DNA of 64,000 bases from Gammaproteobacteria bacterium (GTDB taxonomy: Bacteria; Pseudomonadota; Gammaproteobacteria; UBA4575). The DNA lies in the NCBI GenBank assembly GCA_965222615.1, contig CBDCUI010000009.1, positions 608,001 to 672,000 on the forward strand, written 5' to 3'. Each line of letters begins with the position of its first letter. Position 1 is the first letter of the stretch. Below the pieces are notes generated by a model, which was not told where the DNA came from, did not search any database, and saw only the letters and a list, made by a program, of their open reading frames with translations. Shown here one piece after another: positions 29,766 to 40,195 of the stretch. Both the position numbers and the translations under genes were made by a program.

Positions 29766-30629
29766 TTAACTGCTTGCATGTTGTCGTTCAAATTGTACAG
29801 GTGTTAAGTAATTCAAGTAACTGTGTCTACGCTGTCGATTGTAAAAAATCTCTATATATTCAAAGATACTGCGTTTAGCTTGTTCGCGTGTTTTATACTG
29901 ACAATGATGAGTCAGCTCTGTCTTTAGTGTATGAAAGAAACTCTCCATCGCTGCATTATCTAAACAATTGCCTTTACGGCTCATACTACAAGTCATGCGA
30001 TGGTCTTTCAGTAGTTGATGATATTCAGAGGTGCGATATTCCATGCCTTGATCCGAGTGAATCAGTAAGTCTCGTTTGCGTGAGCGTTGACTTAAAGCCA
30101 TCCTAAGCGCATCCAACGTTAAGTGTTTATTACGTTTGTCTGACATCGACCAACCAATGATTTTTCTAGAAAATAAATCCATAATCACTGCGACATATAA
30201 CCAACCGGCCCGAGTGGGCACATAGGTGTAATCGGATACCCAGCGTTGATTCGTGTGTTGCGCAGAGAAGTCACGTTGCAATTGATTGGTTTCTATATGT
30301 TCAAACGTCTTACCTCGCTTGCTTCGCTCCCATAAACATTTCATGCGCGTCTTTAACCCGGCTTGCTTCATCAAGCGTGCCACACGATGTTTGCCACATG
30401 GAACACCTGAGGCGTTCAGCTCAGCATGAATTCTAGGATAACCGTATGTCTGTCTTGAAGATTGATGAATATCGATAATCAGCTTCAGCAATTGTCGATT
30501 GGCTTTAGTACGCGCACTCATCGGCCGATCTCGCCATGCATAGTAACCACTCTCAGAGACTTGCAGTGCACGACATATCCAAGCAATTGGATAATCATGG
30601 CGATGCTGATGAACCCACTCAAACTTCAT
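29766..30629 (-). CDS. IS3 transposase OrfB (DDE)
   Basis: WVSDYTY, HSDQG, GNCLDNAAMESFF. Confidence 0.95.
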   Translation of the reverse strand: MKFEWVHQHRHDYPIAWICRALQVSESGYYAWRDRPMSARTKANRQLLKLIIDIHQSSRQTYGYPRIHAELNASGVPCGKHRVARLMKQAGLKTRMKCLWERSKRGKTFEHIETNQLQRDFSAQHTNQRWVSDYTYVPTRAGWLYVAVIMDLFSRKIIGWSMSDKRNKHLTLDALRMALSQRSRKRDLLIHSDQGMEYRTSEYHQLLKDHRMTCSMSRKGNCLDNAAMESFFHTLKTELTHHCQYKTREQAKRSIFEYIEIFYNRQRRHSYLNYLTPVQFERQHASS

Positions 30630-30922
30630 TCCGATAGCTTGGTGAAGTGGTGGGTCGCTTTTTTTAAAATCTCATTCTCTGCACGCAAACGTTCGTTCTC
30701 TTTACGCAGTTTCGTTAATTGCGCAGCTTCACCACTTTGTTGACCTTTACCAGGAAAGGAATCTTCGCCTTTAATGGCCAATTGCTCTTTCCATTTGTAT
30801 ATTTGATTGACGCGAATACCAAGTTCACGCGCCACTTGAGTGACTGATTGGTCACTTTCTTCCGCTAATCGAATCGCTTCTAACTTAAATTCTTTTGTGT
30901 ATTGACGATATTGTCGTGGCAT
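30626..30922 (-). CDS. IS3 transposase OrfA
   Basis: YTKEFKLEAI, HTH, ENEILKKA with A7 slippery run at 30659-30665; ATGA overlap with orfB. Confidence 0.93.
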   Translation of the reverse strand: MPRQYRQYTKEFKLEAIRLAEESDQSVTQVARELGIRVNQIYKWKEQLAIKGEDSFPGKGQQSGEAAQLTKLRKENERLRAENEILKKATHHFTKLSE

Positions 30923-31068
30923 TGAGTTCTCCTTATCAGGGTAGTTTAACCCCTTTCAAGAACTCCATTAAACCGGGGGAAGATCAGAGCACGTTACCCC
31001 CTTGCTTTTTCCGACTAAGATCGTACTGATGAATAAAACTTTTCGGACTGTACCTCCATTAATCCCAT

Positions 31069-32655
31069 TTATTTATATGTGTATTGGAGCATTAACCAGA
31101 ATTTTTCGGTATCGACGCAAAATAGAGGATCGCTACCAGCGCCAGTACCACAGTCTTCACTGTAATCCGCGTATTTTATTACTCCAAGTAAACCCTTCTT
31201 GCCAAAGAGATCCGGTTTACCCCATAGCAGATTCCATTCTTTACCATAGTCCGAAATTCTGCCATTAGGGCCCGTGAAAGTTTTATCTGTTTCAAAGTCA
31301 TGATAAGAGACAACAATCTTGTTTTTACCAATTACATTACCGAAAAGGCCCAAAATTGTAAGATTGACACTAGTATCTTCGATACCTCCTACAGGGGTTG
31401 CTGAACCGCCAGTGGGTCCAATGAATTTGTCTGCCCAACCCTGGAATGCATGAAATGTGGCAAGAGGAGTTTGCAAGGCATTCCCTCCATCACCCTGACC
31501 TTCCAGGACTTCCTTTCCTACTGTAATTTGGAATGTAGGCTCACCAATAGGCATGAGACCTAAACCATCGACCCGGGTGCCACCAAATCTCACACCTAGC
31601 TCAATGTTGTAATAATCATTGTCGTCAAAATCGACGACTTCTACACCTGCACCGTTCTCACCTGCATCACCCTTTGGATCTTGGTTGGCCCATTCGAACT
31701 CAGTTAATAAATCAAGTGAGTCACCCAAAGCATGTTTGCCCGTCCATCTGGCACCAATAGTATCGGAATCAAATACAACGGGTGGCACAGGGCCTAGTGC
31801 AAATGGCACTCCTCCACCCTCTTGAAATGGTGTTCTATCATTATCTTCGAAATCGAGTAAATAACCATATGCTACAAGCTTACCGATATCCGGGAAAGTA
31901 TAGGAAGCATTTATAAGATGTGCGTCATCCATTTTCCATTCATTAAAAACGGATTTCTCACCAAAAGTACGCTTAACCTTATTGAGATAGGAATAGGATA
32001 GACTAAGGTTTTTGATTGATGTGTTGTCTATACGCAAAGCATCAATGGACACAAAATTATTGCGCCAAAGAATGTTACCCACCCAGCGATGATTATCATA
32101 TATGATTTCTTGGCGTCCTAGTTTGAATGAGGTGTTACCACTACAAGGGTCTGGCGAATTTGGACAACCTCCTGTATGGCTGCGCCAGCCAAGGTAGAAT
32201 TCGTTTATTTCTTCATATTCATTGTCAGGAATAATGGAATGGCCTGCTGCTATACGAGATCCGACTGGACCTGGTGGAATCCTGAAATCGTCATCGAGAT
32301 TGAGAGCATTGTCATCACCTAAAGGTCTACCTGCTTCAAACTCACCACGAAGATAAAAGCCGTGGTAACGGGCCGTAGTCCACCCCCCCACAACACGAGC
32401 AGTTAACTGTTCCGCTGTATCCGCACTGGCAATGGGTGATCCTGCCGATATGTCATCATCCACCTCTTCGTGTCGAAGCCTTAACCTCATATGCGGTTCG
32501 CCATGAACGAGTGCCCTACCTAAAGAATCAGCGGCCGGTAAAAATTTTCCTCGATGTGTATTAGGAATATCAGTCAGGCCCACTGCTGAAACTCCCTGAG
32601 CGATTAAAAAGATGGTGGTTGCCACCAGATAAGAAAGGGGTGTAAATTTGGCCAT
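31069..32655 (-). CDS. Outer-membrane beta-barrel porin (alginate-export-like family)
   Basis: Signal peptide; KLGRQEI, QTPLATFHAFQGWADKF, C-terminal KFWLMLQYTYK beta-signal-like. Confidence 0.8.
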   Translation of the reverse strand: MAKFTPLSYLVATTIFLIAQGVSAVGLTDIPNTHRGKFLPAADSLGRALVHGEPHMRLRLRHEEVDDDISAGSPIASADTAEQLTARVVGGWTTARYHGFYLRGEFEAGRPLGDDNALNLDDDFRIPPGPVGSRIAAGHSIIPDNEYEEINEFYLGWRSHTGGCPNSPDPCSGNTSFKLGRQEIIYDNHRWVGNILWRNNFVSIDALRIDNTSIKNLSLSYSYLNKVKRTFGEKSVFNEWKMDDAHLINASYTFPDIGKLVAYGYLLDFEDNDRTPFQEGGGVPFALGPVPPVVFDSDTIGARWTGKHALGDSLDLLTEFEWANQDPKGDAGENGAGVEVVDFDDNDYYNIELGVRFGGTRVDGLGLMPIGEPTFQITVGKEVLEGQGDGGNALQTPLATFHAFQGWADKFIGPTGGSATPVGGIEDTSVNLTILGLFGNVIGKNKIVVSYHDFETDKTFTGPNGRISDYGKEWNLLWGKPDLFGKKGLLGVIKYADYSEDCGTGAGSDPLFCVDTEKFWLMLQYTYK

Positions 32656-32816
32656 GAATGCTTCTCCTCCCTTGAAGATTTAAGCCGGATCTTTCACGTA
32701 TTTACCCGGCCACGTACAGTCGATTGAATCTGATTTTTTTATATTTTTTATATACTGACTTTATGGGTCATAACATTTACTTAATGATCAATATAAAAGA
32801 ATAGCGCGTTATTCGT

Positions 32817-32856
32817 CCAAGACTTTGTTGTTATTGAACCCATAGGAGTTGACTAT
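32817..32856 (-). promoter_or_regulatory. LysR/CynR-type operator upstream of porin
   Basis: Gene strand ATAG-N7-CTAT-gggttca-ATAA-ca-ACAAAGTCTT. Confidence 0.75.
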
Positions 32857-33055
32857 AGTTCTAAGGAATGCACTGCAGATTTGATGACGGCAGCCAGGAT
32901 TTAAATGTAATTACAGCTTTTTCATCATTAGGGCATCATACTCATAATTTATGTGCCTAAATATAAAATTTACAATCAAATGAAGTCGATACTTCTGAAT
33001 CAATAACTCAATTTTGCAACTAACTTAAAAATTTAATCTACGGAAACACGCCAAT

Positions 33056-33940
33056 ATGACGCACCGTTTTTATATAGTTGATGTGTTTACTGAACAACCT
33101 TACACCGGAAACCCGCTTGCGGTTGTTGTTATGGCAAAATCACTATCAGACGAAACCATGCAAAAAATTGCAGCGGAGATGAATTTTTCTGAAACCACTT
33201 TCGTGGCAACAACACCAGAAGATAATGGTGGATATCGTGTGCGAATATTTACACCTGCACGAGAAATTGATTTTGCTGGACACCCAATTCTCGGTACAGC
33301 ACAAGTCATTCGCCAATATCTTACTAATGAATCAAGTTCACAAATATTATTAAATCTCTCTAAGAGTCTGATACCAGTTAACTTTGAACATTTCAGCAAT
33401 GAGAGTGAAGTTGCCTGGTTTCTTGCACCACCAATGAAACTTGGCAAGGAATCTGCTCGCGAGCCTGTCGCAACTGCACTTGATTTAGCACCTGATGACA
33501 TTGATATCAGAACACCAATACAAGTAGTTTCTGCAGGTACTTCGGCGATGATTGTTCCACTAAATACTATGCAAGCACTACAGCATAGCCAACTAAATTT
33601 AGAAAAATTTGCCGTTTTAGCTGCTGAAGGTTTTCCACCTTTAATATATCTTTTTTGCCAACAAACACATCACCCCGAGAATGATTTATGTGCAAGATTT
33701 TTCTTTGAGGCGCATGGAGTACGTGAAGATCCAGCAACCGGAAATGGCGCAGCCTTTCTTGGAGCATATCTGTTGAAACATCGTTATTTCTCTAAATCCG
33801 ATTTATCACTACGAATTGAACAAGGTTATGAAATTCACCGGCCATCGTTGGTGAGGTTACGTGCACGAATACAAAATGGAAGTAGTGATATACAGGTTGG
33901 CGGTCATGTCATTCCAACAGTGCAAGGTCAACTTCTTTAA
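33056..33940 (+). CDS. PhzF-family isomerase
   Basis: VDVFT..GNPLAV, NFSETTF, FAGHP, EDPATG. Confidence 0.92.
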   Translation: MTHRFYIVDVFTEQPYTGNPLAVVVMAKSLSDETMQKIAAEMNFSETTFVATTPEDNGGYRVRIFTPAREIDFAGHPILGTAQVIRQYLTNESSSQILLNLSKSLIPVNFEHFSNESEVAWFLAPPMKLGKESAREPVATALDLAPDDIDIRTPIQVVSAGTSAMIVPLNTMQALQHSQLNLEKFAVLAAEGFPPLIYLFCQQTHHPENDLCARFFFEAHGVREDPATGNGAAFLGAYLLKHRYFSKSDLSLRIEQGYEIHRPSLVRLRARIQNGSSDIQVGGHVIPTVQGQLL

Positions 33941-34208
33941 CACCGTTTTGAATACCAAGCAATGTCAAACACGATAAGAACCTATAGTACTTATACACAA
34001 CTTTACCTTATGCTAAATTTCATATTAATTGGAGTTTTACATACGCTAATTAAAATATATTTATTAAAGAATAAGTGCATGTATGACTCTTGACTGGTAA
34101 AATTTAACCTAGTTCAGATAGCAATTAGTAACTTAGAGTACAACCTATTTTTTTAGGTACTTTGATAAAATCAAGAGTAACGAGCAAGATAATATCTTGT
34201 AATAACTT

Positions 34209-35225
34209 GTGCTCATTTTAGGTTGGGAGATGATAGGAGGTGTAAGAATGTTTAAAAATAAAACGAACGGGTCCACCTTTTTTCTTGCATTAGGATTAAT
34301 TTTTCTTGTCCTCCCTTCAACTGGGCAAACTGGAGATAAGAATTTTGCGCCAACTATCGCATACCAAATGGTCGAGTTAGTACACGATGAAATTGAGCTA
34401 ATACGAAAACACAAACAAACGCCTGTTGATACACGTGCTAGTTTTCCTGTAGAACATGTTTTCCCCAGAGAAGTGTATTTCCAAGCCCTTACCTTACGAC
34501 AAAAGGCAGGGCGCCTTTGTCATGAAACCACTCAATTTTTATTAGCGCCTCCCGCTGCTGTACAGTTTTCGATTCCAAAAACAATCACTCCTGAAGACGT
34601 ATACGATATTGTCAATGACGCGTGGAGCCAAATTCGTTGTGCTAAGGCTGGCCTAAACATAAGTGAAGAAATCCAGCAATCGGCAAAACAAGGCACGGCT
34701 AAGACACTCACAGATGTGTTTAAGTCAATTGTTCAAGCGAATCGGCAGTTAAATTTAATATTAGAACAACCTATTGAACCAGGAGATGTATATGCCGTCG
34801 TTCAACATGCGAATGCGTATATAGTTGATATACTTGACAAATTAGCACCGGTGTGGAGTTTAACCGCACCCACACTTCCAGAGTATCAAGCAGGTAAAAG
34901 GCCCATCGATATCTACAAACAAATGCTAAAGAACTTCAGGATTATCGAACAAATATCAAAGGATTCTGGAATCGATATGCTGAGTTTAGGACCAGAAATA
35001 CAAACACCGATTACAACTACAGATGTTTTTGATTTGAGTTCTCTTATCCTTTCTGAACTAAGTTATTTTGCAACACAACTTGGCATAAATCGGATTTACA
35101 GATTGGAATCTCATCCTGACAAAGTTCCTTCTGATGTGTATCAGCAAGCACAAATTGTAGAGGCTCATCTAGAAATATTGGAGGGTTTTACCAAGAAGTA
35201 TCCGACTTGGACTAAATTAGAGTAA
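34209..35225 (+). CDS. Exported hypothetical protein with internal PxDVY helical repeats
   Basis: Signal-like TM; seven PxDVY/TDVF-type motifs; start uncertain. Confidence 0.7.
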   Translation: MLILGWEMIGGVRMFKNKTNGSTFFLALGLIFLVLPSTGQTGDKNFAPTIAYQMVELVHDEIELIRKHKQTPVDTRASFPVEHVFPREVYFQALTLRQKAGRLCHETTQFLLAPPAAVQFSIPKTITPEDVYDIVNDAWSQIRCAKAGLNISEEIQQSAKQGTAKTLTDVFKSIVQANRQLNLILEQPIEPGDVYAVVQHANAYIVDILDKLAPVWSLTAPTLPEYQAGKRPIDIYKQMLKNFRIIEQISKDSGIDMLSLGPEIQTPITTTDVFDLSSLILSELSYFATQLGINRIYRLESHPDKVPSDVYQQAQIVEAHLEILEGFTKKYPTWTKLE

Positions 35226-35358
35226 TATAACTTTTAGTTAAACAACAATTTAATTTTACTTTTGTATAAGAAAGCTTAATGCCATAAATCTAATTAGCTG
35301 ATAGTAAGCATGCGTGACTGAATATCTATCCATAGGGATCTAAACTAAAATCAGGTAT

Positions 35359-35739
35359 ATGGACAGCTATACCGTCTTAAAAAATATTCATATCGCGACT
35401 GTATTGATTTCAATTGCAGGATTTTTTTTACGCGGAATTTGGATGATGCAATCTTCTTCCAAACTACTACATCGTTGGACAAAAATTGCACCACATATTA
35501 ACGATACAATTTTACTATTATCTGCAATTGCCTTAGTTTTTATTACAGCTCAATATCCAGGGCCAACAACGTGGCTAAATACAAAAATTATAGCTTTAGT
35601 AGTCTATATAATATTAGGAACAATTGCTCTTAAGCGCGGCAAGACGATGAGAACACGTGTTATTGCATGGTGTCTAGCATTGATGACGTTTATATATATT
35701 ATTATGGTAGCAATCAACAAAAACTCTTTGCCAATTTAA
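35359..35739 (+). CDS. SirB2-family membrane protein
   Basis: LKNIH, IAPHINDTILLLSA, WLNTKIIALVVYIILG. Confidence 0.9.
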   Translation: MDSYTVLKNIHIATVLISIAGFFLRGIWMMQSSSKLLHRWTKIAPHINDTILLLSAIALVFITAQYPGPTTWLNTKIIALVVYIILGTIALKRGKTMRTRVIAWCLALMTFIYIIMVAINKNSLPI

Positions 35740-35870
35740 ACGTCGACAAAAACAGCGTATAACAAACTCGATAGATAGCTTGTACTAAACCTCCAGAAAA
35801 GTTTTTCGTAAAACTTGCTCTTATTACAACCTTTACAGCATCCCGTTAAGAAACTGTAACTATAAAAGCT

Positions 35871-36053
35871 TTAGTGACAAGGAAAACCTTGCGAATGGCG
35901 AATATCATGTGCCGCATTATGCATAGCTGCTGTGTTTACAAAACCCGCACCATACAAAATGACACAGCCAAGTAAAAACGCACATGCAATCTGCAACGGT
36001 TTCGAAATCGACCTTGTATGCAAAATAGTTTCAGTTGTAGTCTGATTCTGCAT
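35871..36053 (-). CDS. cbtB: Cobalt transporter subunit CbtB (copy at end of scn operon)
   Basis: TM followed by HNAAHDIRHSQGFPCH. Confidence 0.9.
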   Translation of the reverse strand: MQNQTTTETILHTRSISKPLQIACAFLLGCVILYGAGFVNTAAMHNAAHDIRHSQGFPCH

Positions 36054-36103
36054 ATTTACTCCTTACTTAAAAAAATTAAAAAATTCGATACACTTGTTGG
36101 ACA

Positions 36104-36946
36104 TCACGTATGGTGCCAACTAAAACGTTTAATGAGCATTGAACACGAACTATCTAAAATGTAACCCATTATTCCAATGGTTAGCACCATTGCGGTGAGG
36201 TGGTCATAGGATAAAGTTTCACGCGCATCTGCGATAGAGTAGCCTAGGCCTGAAGTCACACCCAAAAATTCTGCTGGGACAAGTACAATCCAAGCAACAC
36301 CAAGCGCAAGACGTACACCTGTCAGAATATCGAACATAATTGCAGGCAAAATAATTTGCGTGACCATATGCCAAGGCTTAGCCCCTAAATTACGCGCAAC
36401 TTTGAACCACGCAGGATCTACCTTGGCGAGCCCTGCAGCAGTTGCAAACACGATTGGCCATACTGCTGCAATTGCAATAAGAAATACGATTGCGCCATTC
36501 CAGGTAGTAAACACAATTACCGCAATCGGCTCCCAGGAAAGCGGGCTGATCATACGAATCAATTGAAATGGGGAGTTGCTTAGTTCTCGGAATATTTTGC
36601 TACGCCCTAGGAGAATACCGATCGGTACTCCAACGATGATAGCAATAAGTAATCCAATACCTAGTCGATAACCACTAGTTTTAACTGCTGCTTGGATCTT
36701 ACCTTCTGCCAATAATTCCGGAAATGCTTGGAACGTTGGAATAGGCCCGAAATCTTTAAAGTTTGTAGTATTGGGATTTATCTCAATTAAATAACCACCA
36801 ATCCACCAAAGCACAAATAAAATCGCAAGGCCCGCAGCCCAATTAAACAAGCTCCTACCCATCGACTTGGCAATAGCCGAGCTTTGAACAGCATTTATAG
36901 ATTCAATAGCACCTATTTCAGCTGTTTTATCAGTTCCATTACTCAA
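36104..36946 (-). CDS. Nitrate/sulfonate/cyanate-type ABC permease
   Basis: RMISPLSW, VARNLGA, GVAWIVLVPAE. Confidence 0.9.
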   Translation of the reverse strand: MSNGTDKTAEIGAIESINAVQSSAIAKSMGRSLFNWAAGLAILFVLWWIGGYLIEINPNTTNFKDFGPIPTFQAFPELLAEGKIQAAVKTSGYRLGIGLLIAIIVGVPIGILLGRSKIFRELSNSPFQLIRMISPLSWEPIAVIVFTTWNGAIVFLIAIAAVWPIVFATAAGLAKVDPAWFKVARNLGAKPWHMVTQIILPAIMFDILTGVRLALGVAWIVLVPAEFLGVTSGLGYSIADARETLSYDHLTAMVLTIGIMGYILDSSCSMLIKRFSWHHT

Positions 36947-38238
36947 AGCTCAAATACCTCGGTACGAATGTATGGATCACCTTCTTTGGGTACGCTAGCG
37001 TCGTTTCTCCATTTTGGATTCGCTTCAAGAGCGGTCTTGATAAAATCATAATTAACCAAGTCATCCGAAACATGTTCTGGAGTAAGCGTATCAAGAAACT
37101 TAGCGTCACCTGTAACCACAGTCTCTTTTAAGTCACTAACCACTAACTCGGTAGCAGATCTATATGGCCATGCTTGAAAATCGATGCGGTTTTGATCCCA
37201 TTCAGGATGTTTAATCGCAAGAGGATTTTGATAGTAAGCAGGATCGTAAAACATCATAGCCCTTTTCACTACTTCTTTCGGAACTGGCAAATACCCTTTA
37301 CCATCTTTAGAAAGTCGTTCAGCCATTGCCTCTCTATTTTCAGCAAGATGAATCTGAGCTTTTACTACAGCATTATGCACACCTTGTGCCCATGCAGCAC
37401 GATCAGGATCCATTGCATCTTCCTCATGCATAACAACGACACAACATGGATGTCCTTTCCATGCATCACCAGTGAAACGTAAAACTTTACCACCGGCTTT
37501 AAGCTCACCTAAAGCATTGAATGGTTCTGCCACGCAATAACCATCAATGGTTCCTGCTGCAAGCGCGGGTGGCATAGACGGTGGCGCCAATACTAAGAAA
37601 TTACACTCGTCGGGTTCGAGCTTGGCACTTTGCGGTTTAATCACCGGTTTAATCCCAGCCGCTTTCATAATTCTTTGGGATACGATGTTATGAATCGAAT
37701 ACCAATACGGTACTGCAAACTGTTTACCACCAAAATCTTTTGGCTCATTAATGCCGCTATTCTTACCGACAAGGACCGCAGAACCATTAGTATGATCCCA
37801 CGCCGTAATCTTAATTGGATATTTGTTGTTATAACGCATCCAAACTGGAATAGGGATTAACATGTGCGTAAGGTTGAAACGATGCGCGGCAAAGGCCTCT
37901 ACCAAAGGTGACCAACCACGAATAAGTGTAGGCTTAACCGACTCAAGACCTTCATCTTTAAAATAACCTTGGTCATGCGCGATCAACAAAGCTGCCGCAT
38001 CGGTAATGGGTATGTAACCGATTTTAATCACCGGATCCCATTTTTTCTTTGCTGCAAAAATAGGCATAGGCAATGAGCTCGCACCTCCCGCCAGTGCCGC
38101 GAGACCTCCTACTTGTAACAGTTCACGCCGGTTAATACCGGTACCTAAAACACCTTTAAAAAGTGGATCAAATTCTATAGCAAGTTTAGGATCATCATTT
38201 TGGATCCCATCACCATGTTTCTGGTAAATTTTCTTCAT
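36943..38238 (-). CDS. NrtA/CmpA/CynA-type ABC substrate-binding protein (Tat-like signal)
   Basis: INRRELL twin-Arg; IGYIPITDA, AVPYWYSIHN, VAEPFNA, HPCCV. Confidence 0.9.
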   Translation of the reverse strand: MKKIYQKHGDGIQNDDPKLAIEFDPLFKGVLGTGINRRELLQVGGLAALAGGASSLPMPIFAAKKKWDPVIKIGYIPITDAAALLIAHDQGYFKDEGLESVKPTLIRGWSPLVEAFAAHRFNLTHMLIPIPVWMRYNNKYPIKITAWDHTNGSAVLVGKNSGINEPKDFGGKQFAVPYWYSIHNIVSQRIMKAAGIKPVIKPQSAKLEPDECNFLVLAPPSMPPALAAGTIDGYCVAEPFNALGELKAGGKVLRFTGDAWKGHPCCVVVMHEEDAMDPDRAAWAQGVHNAVVKAQIHLAENREAMAERLSKDGKGYLPVPKEVVKRAMMFYDPAYYQNPLAIKHPEWDQNRIDFQAWPYRSATELVVSDLKETVVTGDAKFLDTLTPEHVSDDLVNYDFIKTALEANPKWRNDASVPKEGDPYIRTEVFEL

Positions 38239-38338
38239 AGCGGAATTCCTCTCATCGTTACTCTAAATAGTAGTTTCTCTTATCTAGTTTCTATCAACGT
38301 TAAAAAATCAAATGTACACTTAACTATCATTTTTTTAA

Positions 38339-39169
38339 TCAATTGCCAGCAAACTCGGCATTTGATGCAGAAGTATCCCCATTATCCATCTGGGCATTTT
38401 CTTTTGGCGCCCCCGCTGCATCGTGAAAAATTTGCATAAGGTGAGTACGCATTTTCTGAACTGCAGGATCTTGTCGATCACGTGGATCTGGAAGATCCAC
38501 TCTGAGATCATGAACCATCTTGCCGGGCGAACCGGCCATCACTAGCGCACGATCTGCCATGATTACTGCTTCGTCTATATCATGTGTCACCATGACTAAG
38601 TTAAAACCTAGCTGTTTAGAAATTGCGCGAACATCTTTTTGCAAAGATGCACGAGTAAACGCATCTAATGCAGAAAACGGTTCATCCAAAAGAAGCATTT
38701 CAGGCTCCATTACTAAAGAACGTGCTAAAGCTACTCGTTGTTGTTGCCCACCTGAGAGATCTTGAGTATTTTTTTTCGTATACTCTTCCATGTTAACCAA
38801 ACTAATTGCTTCGTTAACACGATCACGAATTTTATTTTTTGACCAACCAGCAAAACGTAATCCGGTACCGACATTTTGTTCAACCGTCATCCAGGGAAAT
38901 AGATGTGGAGCCTGAAACATCATCACCCATTTTGATGAAGGGTCTTTAACATCTTTATTATTTAACTGCACGGTACCACTGTAATTTCCCAACAAACCAG
39001 CGACGATGTGAAGTAAAGTGGACTTACCGCACCCGGAGCGACCGATAATGACAAGTGACTCACCGGGTTGTGCCTCCATATCCACTTTGTCAAAAGTAAG
39101 TGGACACTTTGAGTTATATCGGTGGGTAAGATCCTTTACATTAATATGTACACCATTGCGTTCTGCCAT
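38339..39169 (-). CDS. ABC transporter ATP-binding subunit
   Basis: GRSGCGKST, LSGGQQQR, LLLDEPFSALD; start set at ATG 39169. Confidence 0.92.
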   Translation of the reverse strand: MAERNGVHINVKDLTHRYNSKCPLTFDKVDMEAQPGESLVIIGRSGCGKSTLLHIVAGLLGNYSGTVQLNNKDVKDPSSKWVMMFQAPHLFPWMTVEQNVGTGLRFAGWSKNKIRDRVNEAISLVNMEEYTKKNTQDLSGGQQQRVALARSLVMEPEMLLLDEPFSALDAFTRASLQKDVRAISKQLGFNLVMVTHDIDEAVIMADRALVMAGSPGKMVHDLRVDLPDPRDRQDPAVQKMRTHLMQIFHDAAGAPKENAQMDNGDTSASNAEFAGN

Positions 39170-39334
39170 GTGTAATCCCTTCTGTAATATCGTAGTTTCG
39201 GACTGCCAACTACCTGGTTCAACGCTTAACCGGGAATTGAGCGCTCCCTTCAAACTGTGTTGATACATCAAGTAAGCTGCTCCATTCGACCTGTGTGGAT
39301 ATACTTGTTAATAAGACCGCTCTTTTTCATGAAA

Positions 39335-39697
39335 TTATTCAGCAATAATCTTGTCAGACCATTCAACGTCTTCAACAAAAGTATCAGGATTACCTGGTTG
39401 TGCACCTGCTTTTGCCATATCATCTTCTGTAACACCTCGTGCTCTTGAACATGCACCGCAACATTCAATTCGTACACCATTCTCAATAGCTTCATTCCAC
39501 TGCTCAGCCACCGAGGGCCACCCAAGTGGAACCATATTCTCACGAACCACTGGCCGTGCAAGACATACTGCTTCGCCTAGCAGAAATATTCGAATCTCAT
39601 GGCCCTTACCAGCCAATGCGTTAGCATGTCCAAACACCATCGCTGCTCGTGTTGGATCATCACTCCCCCATGATGACTTCATAAAAATCTTTGCCAT
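39335..39697 (-). CDS. DsrE/DsrF-like family protein
   Basis: DDPTRA, IFLLGEAV, CCGACSRARG (CxxC). Confidence 0.85.
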   Translation of the reverse strand: MAKIFMKSSWGSDDPTRAAMVFGHANALAGKGHEIRIFLLGEAVCLARPVVRENMVPLGWPSVAEQWNEAIENGVRIECCGACSRARGVTEDDMAKAGAQPGNPDTFVEDVEWSDKIIAE

Positions 39698-39791
39698 GAC
39701 TCCTTCCTAATTTTCACTACTTAGTTATTATTTTTTTATTAACCAAAACTTTTTTCTGGTCTGTCGATACAAATTCGAAGCAGGTTTTGTA

Positions 39792-40193
39792 TCACACCAT
39801 ATTGAGACGTTTATCAACCTCCTTTATACGACGCTTGAGTTCATCTTCATCAATAAGGCCTCTACGAATCATGGAATGGACCAGTGCTAATAGTTGCCGT
39901 TCTGGAAATGGGACATCTGCATAGTGATCTTCAGATAATTCATCTTCTTCCCAACGACGTTCTAGTGCCGGTAATGCACAAGCAACTTCAGATAAAACAT
40001 CACAGGTCGCTTCTAGCGTAATCTTCCAAGGTGGGTCAGGATTATCCACGCCATATTGTTCACATAAATCGCCCCAGACTCTTCCTTCCTTTTTAATTTC
40101 TTCAAGTAACGAAATTGGAGATTTATCCAAATTCCGATTTGTCATTTCTTCATCTAGTTTGATTTTCTCAGGATTGATTTCGACCATCATCAT
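39792..40193 (-). CDS. Thiocyanate hydrolase accessory/activator protein (P15K-like)
   Basis: Directly after scnC; LERRWEEDEL..Y..PFPERQLLALVHSMIRRGLIDEDEL resembles NHase beta-type accessory proteins. Confidence 0.75.
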   Translation of the reverse strand: MMMVEINPEKIKLDEEMTNRNLDKSPISLLEEIKKEGRVWGDLCEQYGVDNPDPPWKITLEATCDVLSEVACALPALERRWEEDELSEDHYADVPFPERQLLALVHSMIRRGLIDEDELKRRIKEVDKRLNMV

Positions 40194-40195
40194 TC

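Larger units (their letters stand above)
29719..30986 (-). mobile_element. IS3-family insertion sequence
   Basis: TG...CA ends, imperfect IRs TGATCATACCCTGGTTTGGTGGAGT / TGATCTTCCCCCGGTTTAATGGAGT, 3-bp GAG target duplication, orfA + orfB. Confidence 0.95.

Noticed and set aside
39268-39710. Alternative-frame and antisense ORFs over the DsrE gene, and similar shadow ORFs throughout
   Set aside because: They overlap well-supported genes and lack motifs or SD sequences.
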